Source: Haliotis rubra (lineage: Eukaryota). From it: 64,000 nt of DNA. The DNA lies in NCBI RefSeq assembly GCF_003918875.1, contig NW_025766957.1:1860001-1924000 (forward strand). The letters run 5' to 3'. Shown here piece by piece: positions 48,844-62,749 of this stretch; within the stretch, counting starts at the first letter, position 1; each line of letters starts with the position of its first letter. The notes under the pieces are model-generated. The model searched no databases, had not been told where the DNA came from, and worked only from the letters and a program-made list of their open reading frames with translations. The translations under genes were made by a program, and so were the position numbers.

Positions 48844-49648
48844 CTTCAAGAAGAAACAAGAGTCATCAGAAGATGACAAATCCCCTGGCACCCACAAATT
48901 TGAAAGAACAAATCATTCGTCCATATACAAGAGTAGTTATAGAGCTGTCAAAACAATAACCTGGAATGGAGATTCATGTCCTTGTACTTCTATGTCAGGT
49001 ACACAACAATATCAAAGTCAAAGGTAAAAATACAAATCTTAAGAGTCCCTGACAGCAAAAGGCAGCAGTTGACAATCTTGTTTTTGTTTGTGCACAGTTT
49101 TATAAAAGAATACCTAATACTCTATCGAGATCTTTTGTAGAGACCGTGGTGGCTGAGCGGGTTAGGTGGCTGACTTTGTGTGCTGGCGATTAGGTGCCTG
49201 ACTCTGAGGGTGTGGGATCGATTCTCGGATAGGACTCAACCCGAAAAGCTCTAGAATCTGTACTTTACTGAAAAATTGTAATCCCAAATATACCATAGAT
49301 AAGAGTGAGTGAGTTTAGTTTTATGCCACACTCGGCAATATTCCAGCCACATGGTGGCAGTCTGTAAATAATCGACGAGTCTGGACCAGACCAGCATCAA
49401 TCTCATTAATTGGGATACGATGATATGTGTCAACCAAGTCAGCAAACCTGACCACCCAATCCTGTTAGTCGCCTCTTGCGACAAGCATGGGTTTACTGAA
49501 GATCAATTCTAACCTGGATCTTCACGGGTCCTGTCAACAAGAGAAATTTATCAATTACTGATTATCATCAGCACAAACTTCAATCTGAAATCCTGACCTT
49601 AACAGTCATCTCACACCCTGATCCTATCCCACTATCACTCTCACTTAC

Positions 49649-49856
49649 CCTGTAGTGGGGCTGAGACTGCTCTGTCCAGCTGTTGTCGCCAGGGACTGTT
49701 TCAGTTCACGGATGCTGTTCATGGCGTTGTTCATCTCTTCGTTGGCATGGGCAGACTGTACACGGGGCTGCTGACGCACATAGGTTGTTGTGAGGTCGAG
49801 TACATCATTAGTGCTGAGAGCTCGTGGAACTTGGGACTCCTCCTCCTCATGCATAC
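49649..49856 (-). CDS. Unidentified gene exon
   Basis: taAG..GTAAGT, phase 1/2; MHEEEESQVPRALSTNDVLDL...NEEMNNAMNSIRELKQSLATTAG. Confidence 0.75.
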
Positions 49857-50237
49857 CTTATTAATAAATTGGAAAGTGCATTTATTCTATGCTAAAAAAT
49901 AGCAATCAATCATTAGCATCCAGTTTCAATGAGAGAACATTAGCACAAGACAGTACAACACTAAATTTTCAATACATCCTCTGTGTTTCCAAATTATTGA
50001 CAATTTAACAGTTACTTTGATTTAAGATTTGGTTTGGTTTGTTGTTCTACACCGCACACAGCAATATTCCAACTATATGGTGGCAGTCTGTAAATAATCA
50101 AGTTTGGACCAGAAAAATCAGTGATCAACAGCATGAGCATCAATCTACACAATCGGGATACGATGACATGTGTCAACCAAGTCTGCAAGCCTGACCACCT
50201 GACCAGTTATGATTGACAGAGAACTATTTGTCCTTAC

Positions 50238-50312
50238 CCATCCTGCTTTTGCGACCATTTTTGTCCCGTTGCCCTCGAAGCGATCCACTTCTCCTGCTAT
50301 GATCGAATGATC
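50238..50312 (-). CDS. Unidentified gene exon
   Basis: tccAG..GTAAGG, phase 1/1; SFDHSRRSGSLRGQRDKNGRKSRM. Confidence 0.7.
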
Positions 50313-50494
50313 CTGGAATCAATAATATTATTAATTATAGAACATCACTTTAACCTAGAACATTCACAAGAGTCAAGAAGAGGATTGCAGTTGAACAAGT
50401 TAACCTAATATGGAACAGCATCTTGATTGAACGTATGTGCTTGAGTTTAATAAACAGGCATAGCAGCAGCAGGAGGTTAGTTTGTTGTGTAACT

Positions 50495-50770
50495 CTAACA
50501 TTAGCTCTCAGCAAAACAAGCATGGGTGACGGAGCTTTCTCTTCTGCAGCTTCCCTCCTCTGGAACAGTCTTTCCCTGTCTCTCATATCACCAATGGAAA
50601 CAACAAACTTCAAATCAGCTCTAAAGACGTATCGCTTTCTTCAAGCATACCCAAACTGACTACCTTCTTGTGTTTCTGTTTTTACATGTTTTAACTCTGT
50701 ACAGCACCACTGAGCACCATACTGATGGATTTTAGGAGCGACAGAAATGCATTATTATTATCATTATTAC
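50495..50770 (+). mobile_element. L2-type LINE 3' fragment
   Basis: KTSMGDGAFSSAASLLWNSL...FKSALKTY resembles the L2 ORF2 C-terminus; (ATT)n tail. Confidence 0.65.
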
Positions 50771-51199
50771 AGCCACATGATTTGTTAAACAACTTTTATT
50801 GTAAGTTGAATAAAATTCTGAGATTTTAATGTTCAATTGGCAAGGTAAAGTTATGAGGATTCGCAATCTTAATTTCACATTATTTGATTTACCTTTTTGT
50901 TTAAAGTGAAATTAATCGGTACGTTTTCACTGCAAACAGATTATAGCTGCTGATCAATTCTAAGCCAGAATCCCTAACCTTTCTTTCTTTCATTAGTTCA
51001 TTAATCTGTTAGCTGGTTCATGTGCCTTTGTGTTTGTTCCACACAGATTTAGCACTTCTGAGTTCATCATTGCAGTCAGTGCAGAAATTATGCTAATAAT
51101 TGTCACTTGTCTGCTGACAGGCAATTTTCAAAATGACTGGGGTATCATGTACCTAACAGATATCTTCTAGATTAATACAGCTGCAAAAACTATGTATAC

Positions 51200-51286
51200 C
51201 TTCTGTATCTACATCCTCTCTGTCGTCTTGGTATGTGTCGTAGTTGACAAACGTTGCTGACGGGATGCGAGCTCGTGGTCGATCAC
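51200..51286 (-). CDS. Unidentified gene exon
   Basis: cctAG..GTATAC, phase 1/1; DRPRARIPSATFVNYDTYQDDREDVDTE. Confidence 0.7.
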
Positions 51287-51319
51287 CTAGGAAGCAACCG
51301 CATACACCTATCATATGAA

Positions 51320-51830
51320 GACATATACTGGCATGTTAACACCTATACTGCCATGTGAACACATGTATTGGCATGTGAACACCTGTACTGGAATGTTAAC
51401 GCCTATTCTTGCATAATGTTAACACCAAAACTGACATGTGAACACCTGTACTGACATTTTAACACCTTTATTGGCATGTTAGCACCTATACTGGCATGCA
51501 GACATCTGTATTGGCATATTAACACCTTTACAGGCATGTGAACACCTATCTTGGCACATTAACACCTTATACTGGCAAGTAAACAATTGTATTGGCATGT
51601 GAACACCTGTATGGCATGTGAACACCTGTATTGCCATGTGGACACATATAGTGGCATGTTCACACCTATACTGGCAAGTTAACACCTGTATTGGCATGTA
51701 AACACCTGTATTGGCATGTGAACACCTGTATTGCCATGTGGACACATATAGTGGCATGTTCACACCTATACTGGCAAGTTAACACCTGTATTGGCATGTA
51801 AACACCTGTATTGGCATGTGAACACCCATG
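51320..51830 (+). repeat. 20-bp minisatellite with a 100-bp higher-order duplication
   Basis: Unit ggcatgtgaacacctgtatt; 51611-51710 is repeated at 51711-51810. Confidence 0.9.
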
Positions 51831-52139
51831 TGGACAAAGATATTATCATGAGAACTTGTACTGTCCTGTATTCTCCTGTGTATATATATATGTGAATACC
51901 TGTCTGTAGACAATATCAACAGGTCAGTTCCTCAGACACTCACAGAGGCCTGATTAATTATCAGAAGATTTGTTGCATGCGTTTTGTTGCATTGTTTTTT
52001 CTTATCCTTCTCAAACTGTGTTAAAGGGAAGAAATATTGCAACTTTTCTCAATGGATGTCTGGTTGTGGCTTTTGGTTCCTGATGGTCCACATGCACACA
52101 TAAACGTCTGTCTGTCTGTCTGTTGCAAATGTCTCTCAC

Positions 52140-52209
52140 CTTTTCTGCCATCAGTGTGCTTCTCATCAAAAGGGTTCGGATGCTGTTTGATGAGATTACT
52201 CTTATCTAC
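52140..52209 (-). CDS. Unidentified gene exon
   Basis: tttAG..GTGAGA, phase 0/1; VDKSNLIKQHPNPFDEKHTDGRK. Confidence 0.65.
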
Positions 52210-52969
52210 CTAAAACATTTTGGGAGAAAAGGTTCATGTCACTTTCAAAACAAATGGGGGTATTTGCAAACCAGGATCTACCCAGAATTCCAAACTAAGT
52301 TTACTGCCATCATATAGCTGGAATATTGCTGAGTGTGGCATTAAATAATAAACAACAAACAAACAAACCAAACTAAGTATTCTTCATATGCAAATTGGGA
52401 ACATACCATTATTTTGTTAAGGCACATATTTTCTGAAATGCAACATAGCATTATGTGCAAAAATGTAATAGTAAGCATTATACATTTTCCCTCTTTACTG
52501 GAGTGAGTGAGTTCAGTTTTACACCACACTCAGCAGCTATATGGCGGCGGCGGCCTGTAAATAAAATCAGGTCTTGACCAGACAATCTTGTGATCAACAG
52601 CATGAGCATCGATCTACGCAATTGGGATACAATGACATGTCTCAACCAAGTCAGTGAGCCTGACCACCCGATCCTGTTAGTCGCCTCTTACGACAAGCAT
52701 GAGTTACTGAAGATCAATTCTAACCTGGATCTTCATGGGTCCTCTTTACTGGGCATGTTACTAGTGTCATCATGTGTACCACCCTATATAGCCATAGCAT
52801 AAGATAAACTACATTACATGAACAAGTTTAGTCTATGAGTTCTTTGAAATGCATTAAGAGTTTAGTTGTAGTTTAGTGTAGATAAATCCGTCATCTATCA
52901 TTATAAAATGGAGACTGGCTATGTTGGAAAATTGTGGATGTGTTGACCTCAGACGAGACTAACACCCAC

Positions 52970-53100
52970 CTTCTGTAGCATATCCTGTTGTCGTTGCTGT
53001 GCTGCTGAAACCTCCACCAGGTGGCGTGGCATCTGCCGCCTGTCCAGCGGGGGTACGTTACTCTGGCGGGACTTGAGGTAGTCCTCCACAGTCACCTCAG
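52970..53100 (-). CDS. Unidentified gene exon
   Basis: tacAG..GTGGGT, phase 1/0, GC3-rich; EVTVEDYLKSRQSNVPPLDRRQMPRHLVEVSAAQQRQQDMLQK. Confidence 0.75.
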
Positions 53101-54004
53101 CTGTAACATGTACAACATCAGCATCTACACACTCAGTGCTACATCAATACACTCCTATATCTTGTTACAATGAATTGAAAATGTCACCCACATTTTTCTA
53201 TGCACATGTAACATTAATGACACTCTGCAGCTGTTATTAACGTGGTCTGTATGTTGTGGTACTTATCGAAATCCAAGATCTAGGAAAACTTCTTACAGTC
53301 TTATAATAAGCTTAGTAAATATATCCATATATTCACATCTATTGAAGAATGTAAACTGACAAATTTGAGCTGGTAGTTTTTGGCACTGACCATAAATGAA
53401 TGTGTACACATTACGTTGGACAATTGTGATTACTGATTGGAATTGAAATGTAAGTGCCAAGCCCTCAATATTTTATTGCTGAAAATATCTCCAGAACTCC
53501 AGATGAGTATTATCTTTGCAGAAAATATATAATCATAACCCCATAAATTTCACGTTGTTTTAGTTCAAATACCTGTCTGTGACTGTATGAACCTTTTTTC
53601 ATGATAAAGAAGTAAAATTATCTTCCTCATCACTTCTCCAACATACACAACCATAATCAACTTGTTTGAAAGTTAGTCATCACATCTATAAAAGTTACAA
53701 CATTTATTACTGAAGTCGATTAAGAAATATAACACATTTAGAGGAAATATTAGAAAAGATGTTGAGACTAAAATACTAAGCTTTAAATTAATAATGATAA
53801 TTCATTGAAAATAATCATCCTAAAACAAAGTAAAACATTCTACCATTCAAACTAAAGAAATAACATTCAATCTGAAAAATGAACATCCATTATATTTTGA
53901 CCATTATATACCGGTACTACTTTCAATAAGCTGACATGGGTTAGTAGGAGAATAGTATTTTTGTTAGTCTGGGAGATGGGCCAGGAATTTGGTGTAAGTC
54001 TTAC

Positions 54005-54058
54005 GCTCATCTGTACTCCGCCGAGAGAATAACTTCCAAATCTTAAAGTAGGAATTGC
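54005..54058 (-). CDS. Unidentified gene, possible 54-nt symmetric exon
   Basis: tctAG..GTAAGA, phase 1/1; NSYFKIWKLFSRRSTDE. Confidence 0.45.
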
Positions 54059-56772
54059 CTAGAACAGTGTAAAACAAAACACAGCTGCAACAACAAAATG
54101 TGCGACAAACAAAACGCTGAGATCTTCTGCACAATGAACACATTCCAATTTTATGTTTAAATTATAATTTTTTGTGAAGAGGGAACTACAAACTTTGAAA
54201 TGCATTCCAAAGTGATATTCTTGTTCCAACCTTATAAAAGGATAAGACTTAAAAACATTTCAGTTTTGATGGATTGAAAAATTAGTCATGAAATGATAGA
54301 GGCAGAAAATCCCTTGTGTATATTAAACACAAATAGTGTAAATATTGTTAACAATTTTAATACACATAATTACTTATGAATCACCTTGTACATCTAATAA
54401 ATGAGAGAAACATCTACAAACACAGTGTATTCACGGGTAATCAATTCTGCCATCTCAAAACAAAATGACATATCTTTTTCAGTAAATAATGAATTACAAG
54501 TATTAAGATATTACTTATAAAATATTATAAAATTCAAACAAAAGTGCTACAAATGATTTCTAAATCACACACATAAAAGTCACTGGAACTATTACATAAA
54601 ACCAGCATTAATTAGAGGCAAGCAACAGGAATATTAATATTCATATTTTTTCAAAATGGCCATCCTCAAAGCTGCATTTGTTTGAAGATAGCAGATAAGA
54701 AATTACCAATTTTGAAAACATATTCACATTGAAACAATACATGAAACATGTTCATAATATTTCCATGAAAACATTGACACAATTTAGATATTTTACAATC
54801 TCTCTCTGAGCAGGTGTTATTTGAGGACTTAAAACACCCCGAAAAGATAACAGATAAAACCATAATTTTGTATTGATGAGTAATATTATTTGCCTGCACA
54901 TTGCTGTATGCTGGTAAGTACAATAACGTTGACCATGACGTCAAATCCCATTTCCCCTCGCCTTCATACTTTTAGGTTGATGGTGGTTGTCGTATTTGTC
55001 TATGAATATATATGATGCTGTTGATAAACTGCATATAACTCAATTAAAAAAGGAATCACAGGGTTGGTACAGTCTATAGACTTACCAAGTCATCATTCAG
55101 ATGACATTTTCAACACAAGTGATACTATCTTATTTGTCTGTTTTACACTAAAATACTTTCTTGTGTTAGAAGACTAGAGATTAGATCATATTCCAAGCCA
55201 TTTTTCCAATGTTTAAGGCAGTTCAATGTATTTTGCTAGTGTGATTGTCACCAAACCCATCTACTCTGAGTAAAGGTGAAATAGTTAGATATTAGACATT
55301 GTCATTATTAGTTAGCTTTTGCAAGAAGAAAGAGTAGCATTGATAACTTTCTTATGATACTATCAGAAGTGGACATGTTAGGCTGTAGACTTTTCTACGA
55401 TATATGTGTGTGTTAATGTACACTGAATGATTTTATGAGATAAGGCTAAAATTATAGCACAAATAGCCAAGAAAACAGTTTAATTTAAGTGTAGAATACT
55501 TCACAAACAAGCTAGATCCCAAATACCACATAGACCAAACCTTGTTAATCCAGACCTAGTACAAATACAGCTCTAAATCATATTGGTTTCAACCAATTGA
55601 TACTTGTTTTGAGAGTAAAGGTAAGGAGAATAAAACATAACATTATTTACTGATCTTGAAGAAATTGTTTTATCATGGCAGATGTTGAAACTTATGGAAC
55701 ACCTTAAGAATAAAATTGTGGAATTAAAAGCTATATTTACATCCCTAAAAATCTTCCACTACAATCTTACTACAGGAAATAGACACATTTACAATGTACT
55801 AAAAGTACATTGTCATATATATAGTCCATTGATTCCTACCTTCCTCGTGTCATAAAATAGGGAGCACTTTGTGTAAAAGTCCATAATCCCATAACTTAAA
55901 CTGTTTGACAGAATCAAGTTCGCTGACACTCTGTTCTGGAAGTTAACTGTCTGGATTAACAAGGTTTTGGTGTGCACGAATGAAGCACTGGTTAAGGTAA
56001 GAAGATGTAATGTTATAAGCCCTAACAGCTTGTTAGCTACTGACTAGATATCCACCTATATTGACAACGTCAGGGGAATTAATTGAGGAATTTATAGATC
56101 CAACACACAAAAATGACAAACATAAAGAAAAACATTTCAGATGTCAATACCACGTGGGTATCTATCCAGTATTAACAGTTCATTACTTGGATCATGGATA
56201 GGGACTGAACAGCCCCACAGAATTAAATGTTTATATAATGTTGACATGAAAAGTTAATTCCCAATCAATATTGCATAAATACATGAGGATTTTTATTGCA
56301 AATTTTCAGAGGAATGACATGAAATATGCTGTTTTGTTTTGCTTTTTATAAATACATAGAACAGACTAGTCAACTATAAAAAGTCAAAGAAACATTCCTC
56401 ACAAAACTTCTACTCAATTTTAACTTACAAAATTACTGAAATAATTTTCTCATTGCAGGAAGCCAGCAACAAAAACCTATGATCCAAGTAATAGGCATAA
56501 AGGTTGTCTCAATAAGCAATTGATTGTCTCTATATTGAAATCTTTAAGGAACAGCTCACACAAAAGGTTAAAAAACTCTGACAGAGTTACACAAGTGACA
56601 GATCATTATTACTACTCAGAACAGCTAAGTTATGACAAGAAATCATTTAAAAACAATTTCTAGTCACAGATACAACAAAATTTAATTGAGGTAAAGGGGT
56701 TTACAAAGGTGAAACCCTAGATCCACATTGACAGGTCAAGGATGAGGGTCAAGGTCAAGAGGTCAAGGCTAC

Positions 56773-56877
56773 CTGACGGAGGTTCAGATGAAGGTGCCAG
56801 GTCCTTATCTTGCTGTTGCTTATCCCTGATTTTCCTAAGTTTACCACCTCGAAGGTCTTTTTTCACCCCGTCGTGAG
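56773..56877 (-). CDS. Unidentified gene, possible 105-nt symmetric exon
   Basis: tatAG..GTAGCC, phase 1/1; HDGVKKDLRGGKLRKIRDKQQQDKDLAPSSEPPS. Confidence 0.45.
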
Positions 56878-58856
56878 CTATATGTGAAATTGTGGATAGC
56901 AATGAAAAAAAAAAACCCAATAAAAAACATAACTAATAGTATGTGAAAGAAAGCTGACCTAATACATGTATTATAATTGTGTAGAGATTCCATTTATAAT
57001 GTAACAGTTTGCTCCTTATTTTAATTTTATTTGTTTTCTGTTATTACGGTCTATTCAGTACACAGCATTGGACCAGGGCACTAATGTGTGTCACATTTCT
57101 GTTCATGTTGCATGAAGCTGGATAATGGACATCTTCTCAGTTTAATAAAAGCTCACACACTTTCAATTTTCACTGCCATTGTGAACAAAATCATTGCAAG
57201 TTTTAAAATTCTGAATTTCAAGTAATCTAAAATATTTTGTTGAATCACTGATGGGGCAGAGAGATGAACTGCATTTGTTCTTTCAAAAAGTATTTATTTT
57301 CTGCAAAGGATGAATAGGAAATTCTGGAGCACAAGATATTAAAGGTCAACATTCTTTCACATAAGGTTCAAAAACTTATTTTTTTCTTTTTGCTTAATGC
57401 AAACATGACATGCAGCAAACTGGTGTAGTTTTTTTTATAAATCAGAATCATAAACAATCAGAATATCCTAGAAAACAAAATGTTAGTTCTTTTTATATGA
57501 CTATGATCATACTTAAGAGATTATATTATTGTGCAATGAAAATGAAACAAAATTCAAAATTCAAAAATATACAAATGCATTTATCTAAAACATGTGATAA
57601 AATAACTCTCCACCATGATCTATTACAACAATAAAATCATTAACAAACAAAATGAACAACTGTAGGAACCCGTTGAAACCAAAAGAGAAGCAAAACAAAC
57701 CCAAAACAACAACACATGGCCTGCAAAACAATTTAAACAAGGAAAAATAATACAAATAAAAGTACAATGTTTCATCTAAATCAGTACTAAGTATATATCT
57801 AAAAATAATGACCAACCAATGTTAGATAAACTACTACTTAAACTACAAAAAACATGAAAAACTCAAGCAGGCAAAGCGTGCAAGCCTAACATGACACCAA
57901 AGCTCCCTACACCATTCCAAAACCATAAGCCTCTGATATAAACGTAAGTGCTGTGCTGGACAAGAAGTGATCAGTGCTTGTTTGAACATCACATCATTAA
58001 CAGGGTTCAAAATTGACTTGTATGTTAAAAATGCATCAAGTGATGGAATATTAAATGATTTGAATAGAATTTTTGTGATAGTTCAGTGATTTCATCACTC
58101 TGGACCAAATATAACAAACAAAATTTTACAGTTTATTAAAGTTGAATGAATTATTATTTTTGGCATCATTTGAAAAAGGTTGAGGTATGATAATGAGGGC
58201 CCCTTTTATACCATTTGAGATATCAGTTCTTTAACTTTAGGTAATTGTTGACAGTTTTACAGATGAAACATATTGGCCACGTTCATGGAGCTTATTAGTG
58301 TTCCATTGGCAAAATATGCACTTAATATTTTATGTTAAGTACAGAAATACGGCTAAAATGACCAAAAAAAGGAATGATCTTTCAAACTTTAACAGAACAA
58401 CATTGAGCAAATACATAAACTCAGGACAACTGTATTTGCCCTGTCCTACATTTCCTTCCGAAATCAAGGACTGTCTGTGTTCAAATATTTGACAAAGATT
58501 TCCTGGAAAATGTAGTTTTTTATGTAAAATTGATATTGATAAGGAAAAATATATATTTTTGTAAATATTTTACATAATTCTTATATTATTCAGATCTATG
58601 GTGCAAAAAAGGCCCATAACACACTGCCCCCTCAAACAAAGAGCTCTCCAAAGAAAAAACAACGAAAAAAGTAATATTTAATAAAAATAACATAAAACAC
58701 ATCACTGACAAACATCAATTACATACATAACTAACCCTGCACCAGACGGAACAACCATTACCAAAGGTGCAACAAAAATATGTGAAGTTCACACAAACCA
58801 ACAGCCCACTTTCTCAAACAAACTGTGGTTAATTGGTGAGGGACAAAATGGTTTAC

Positions 58857-59018
58857 CTCCTGTCCCTTGCAACTGATGTGCAACGTACTGGGCTGCGAAA
58901 GTTTGTTCATGGTGCGGACACAGCCCCTCCAGACTGAAGGGGAGGTTGCCGGGGATGTGTTTGTTGCCAGAATAGCGGAAATGAGGAACTGTCAAAGAAC
59001 AGACTGGCACACTCAGAG
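58857..59018 (-). CDS. Unidentified gene, possible symmetric exon (alternative acceptor at 58988)
   Basis: GC-rich island with AG..GTAAAC, phase 1/1; PHFRYSGNKHIPGNLPFSLEGLCPHHEQTFAAQYVAHQLQGTG. Confidence 0.4.
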
Positions 59019-62000
59019 CTATGAAGGGCAAGGTCAGACAGAGCAGGGGAAGATAACTCTATCACTACCTTCTGTCACATTTTAGAGCTGTTTCCCCATT
59101 ATGAATAAGTAAAAATTGAAATTATTTTAAAAAGTATTTAAGTATTTGGGCATAACCTCCTATTAGGTTTTATTCAGATTCAAGAAATAACAACTTCACA
59201 ATGCTGATAAAGCAACAGAATGGAAGCTGCAAAAGGTAACGCATAGAGTCTAAACAGCTGACAGGGACATACAACAGTATACTACATAACAAACTGATGT
59301 AGTAATATTGTTCAGTATTTCAGAATATTTGTCCCACAACATGTCACCTAATCAAGTATCCATCACGATATTGTATTTTCTTGTTTACTTCATACAAACA
59401 CAAATTGTAGCAGAACTTATAATATGTAAGGTATATTCATCAGTCTGCATATATAAGCTCATATTTTCAGCCATACATTTTGGGACCAAAATATAAATCA
59501 ACAAAAACACACATTAAAGTCTAGATCTTCATGATTACAGGGACAGCTAAGGAAATCCCAAATCCAAACCAACCAACCAAGTACCGGAACATGCCACTTA
59601 AATAACATAACATTGTTATGTGAATATATATATGAATAACACTTTATGTAATTACTACTGCAGTAATTTAATCTTATTTTATCACTTCTTTGGGACATTT
59701 CATCACAAAGATATGTAATCATGAAAGAGTGAATTTACATTGTGATTTTGATTAACAAATGGAGCTCATAAATCACTAGAATTATGACAGTCCATAGACT
59801 GAAACTATTTGGCTCCCACACTTTCTGTTCCCACTCAAACCCTCCATGGGAGGTCATGTCAGTGAACTTTTTAATCAGCAGGAAGACTGAGCTGAAGTTC
59901 TTGTTAGAAGCAAGTCTATGATATTTCAGTTTACTAAAAGATAACAAAAGGGGCAATTACCAACCGAGAGTAATAATGGCTGTAGTTCACACCACAGAAC
60001 TAAACCACAAACATCCATACTTCACCATACCACTCACATCTCTTCACTCGAAACTCACTAGACATTCTATTGACCCTTTGTCTGTTTACAGTGTACAGAA
60101 TTATCAGATGGTTATATATATCATTTTATATGACTCTCATCAAATTGAATCATCTTTGGTGTAATAGTTCAACATTATGCCATTGGCCATGGTGCTGAGC
60201 TGTCATGGATAACAACTGATATCTACAATACCACGGAAATGGTATTTTGTAAAGCCATCAGGCAACAAGAGCTTCTGCACTATTGACTATGCAAAGTGAA
60301 AAGGAAAGAAGAAAACTAAAATTTCAAAACCCGATCAGGATATAAAGACTTCCATCACCAAAAGAAGAGAACATTTACAAAACTTGAATGAACTGTTGGT
60401 CTGAAGATTGTGACATAAAACCCAACACCTCTCAATATTCAGTGAAAGGAAAAAGAAATGCAAGAGAAGAAAATATTTCTTCAAACTTGGGTAAAAGATG
60501 TGTGCACATGCACTTATCTGACTGAATGTTGTGAAGTTGCTTTAATTCTGATTTGATTAGTATGAACAGGAGAATTGGTTAAAGTTAGGACATATTTATC
60601 AAAATGTATTTTTCATTTATTACTCATTGTTTACAATGAACTATACACTGGTTGAACAATGTTTTGTATATTTAAAATAGAAGTTTGTTTAAGTTTCCCA
60701 ATTCCTGACGAAAGAGACTAATATTAGCAAAATTTATTTGCTACGTTTCATTCATGCTGATGTCCTACAAAGATGATGTCTAGGACATTTCAACTAATAT
60801 GCAGACTGATATGATATCCCATCATTAATACATCATTGGTGCACTATGTTCTTCCATCACCTGTAAATACATACTCCTTTATCAGTAAAGCAGCCACTGT
60901 TAACAAATCAAACAGCCTGTTTCAACCAACTGGAAGACTAAACCAATGAGTTCTCATGGTACATAGCACAAATGACAATATTTCTTGTTCAGTAAGCATT
61001 GTTTGTTGTTTAATGCCGCACTCAGCAATATTCCAGCTATATGGCAGCTGTCTACAAATAATCGAGTCTGGAACAGACAATCCAGTGATCAACATCATAA
61101 GCATCGGTGTAGGCAATTGGGATACGATGACGTGCCCAACAAAGCCAGCAAGCCGGAACACCTGATCCCATTAGCTGCCTGTTACGACAGTCATGGGTTA
61201 CTGAAGATCAATTCTAACCCGGATCTTCACAGGTTGTGTTCAATAAGCATTGAGGCCAAAACAGCTTTCATATCAGGCAATGGTACTATCATACAAGTTC
61301 ATGTACAGAGAATGGTTTATTTGACTTAAATTAAAATACTTATAGCATCCTTTAATTTGCATGAAAGTCACTACTACAGTATTCATAAGTGATGGATGAA
61401 CATAGTCTACGAAAAACCATGATGTATTTTGATTATGATATCTATGAAGGAAATGATTGAGATATAAAGAAACAGTAAACGATGCTATTGTCAAGATTAA
61501 GATGCTATGATGCTGGTCAAGAGCAAAATGACCAGGTCAACAAAATACCTCTCTTTGGATCCAGTTTCACAAAAACTGTGAGTGAAAATGTAAATCAAAA
61601 TTAGTTTCAGTGCACATTCACAGAGGCAAGGAAATGTCATATTTCACTGGAAATATTACTGAAGGGGTGTGATAGATAGTGAGTTAGGATTTAATGCTGC
61701 TTTGAACAGTATTCCAGTTATATCACAGCAGGTCATTAGTAGGAAAATCTGAAGTGATGTTGGTCTCAAAAGTTTATCACTTTGATGAAACCCATGAACA
61801 TGGGTATGGGCTTGACATGTTCTCGCTATATAGGGATTCAGTGTGATAATCCAATACTGCAAGGCTATCTAACTGCCCATTCCGAGGGGAGGTCACAGCG
61901 AATGTTTTTGTGTGCTGTGCTTGTCAGTATTTCAACACCTATCAAACATGATTGATTGAGATTAATTTTATGCCGCACTCATCAATATTACATTTACAGC

Positions 62001-62749
62001 TATATGGAGGCGGTCTGTAAATAATCGAGTCTGGACCAGACAATCCAGTGATCAACAGCATGAGTATCGATCTATGCAATTGGGATACGATGACATGTGT
62101 CAACCAAGTCAGTGAGCCTGACCTCCCGATCCCGTTAGTCGCCTCTTACAACAAGCATGGGTTTCTGAAGATCACTTCATGTGTACCACCCTATATAGCC
62201 ATAACATAAGATAAACTAAATTACATGAACAAGTTTCTTCATGGGTTGGTTGAGGAACAGATGCATACCTGTTCTTCACGGGTCTATCAAACATGACATA
62301 AGGCCAATTTATAAATGAAATCCATTTTTCACAGATATGCATTCTTTCTTTTTTAAAAATTATTCATAAATATGTTTTATTTCTACTCATAACAAAGGTC
62401 CTTATAATAGCATGGCAGGAAGAAGAAAGACACAGAGTCACTACTACTTGTCTGTGTGGAATTGGTTAACATGGTTAGGGAAGCAGAATGGAAGAATGTA
62501 ATTATGCAATGAAGTTTATTATTAACCAGTTAGTTCAATAAGTGCGTGTCTCTTGCTTTTCTAGAACTATGATAAAATAATCAAAAGTTTCAGATAATTA
62601 TACTGGAGATGATCAGAATAAATATTAGGACATCTTAATGTTCACACAATGGAGCAGTGATAACAACTTATGTTATATCCCATTGTTCATTCGACAGAAA
62701 GGAAAAAAAAGTAATCTTACACTGTCATATTGTTCCCATGTCAGAAAGG

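Noticed and set aside
50978-51095. Additional exon of the minus-strand gene
   Set aside because: It has a plausible donor, but the frames examined contain stops and the chain is in phase without it
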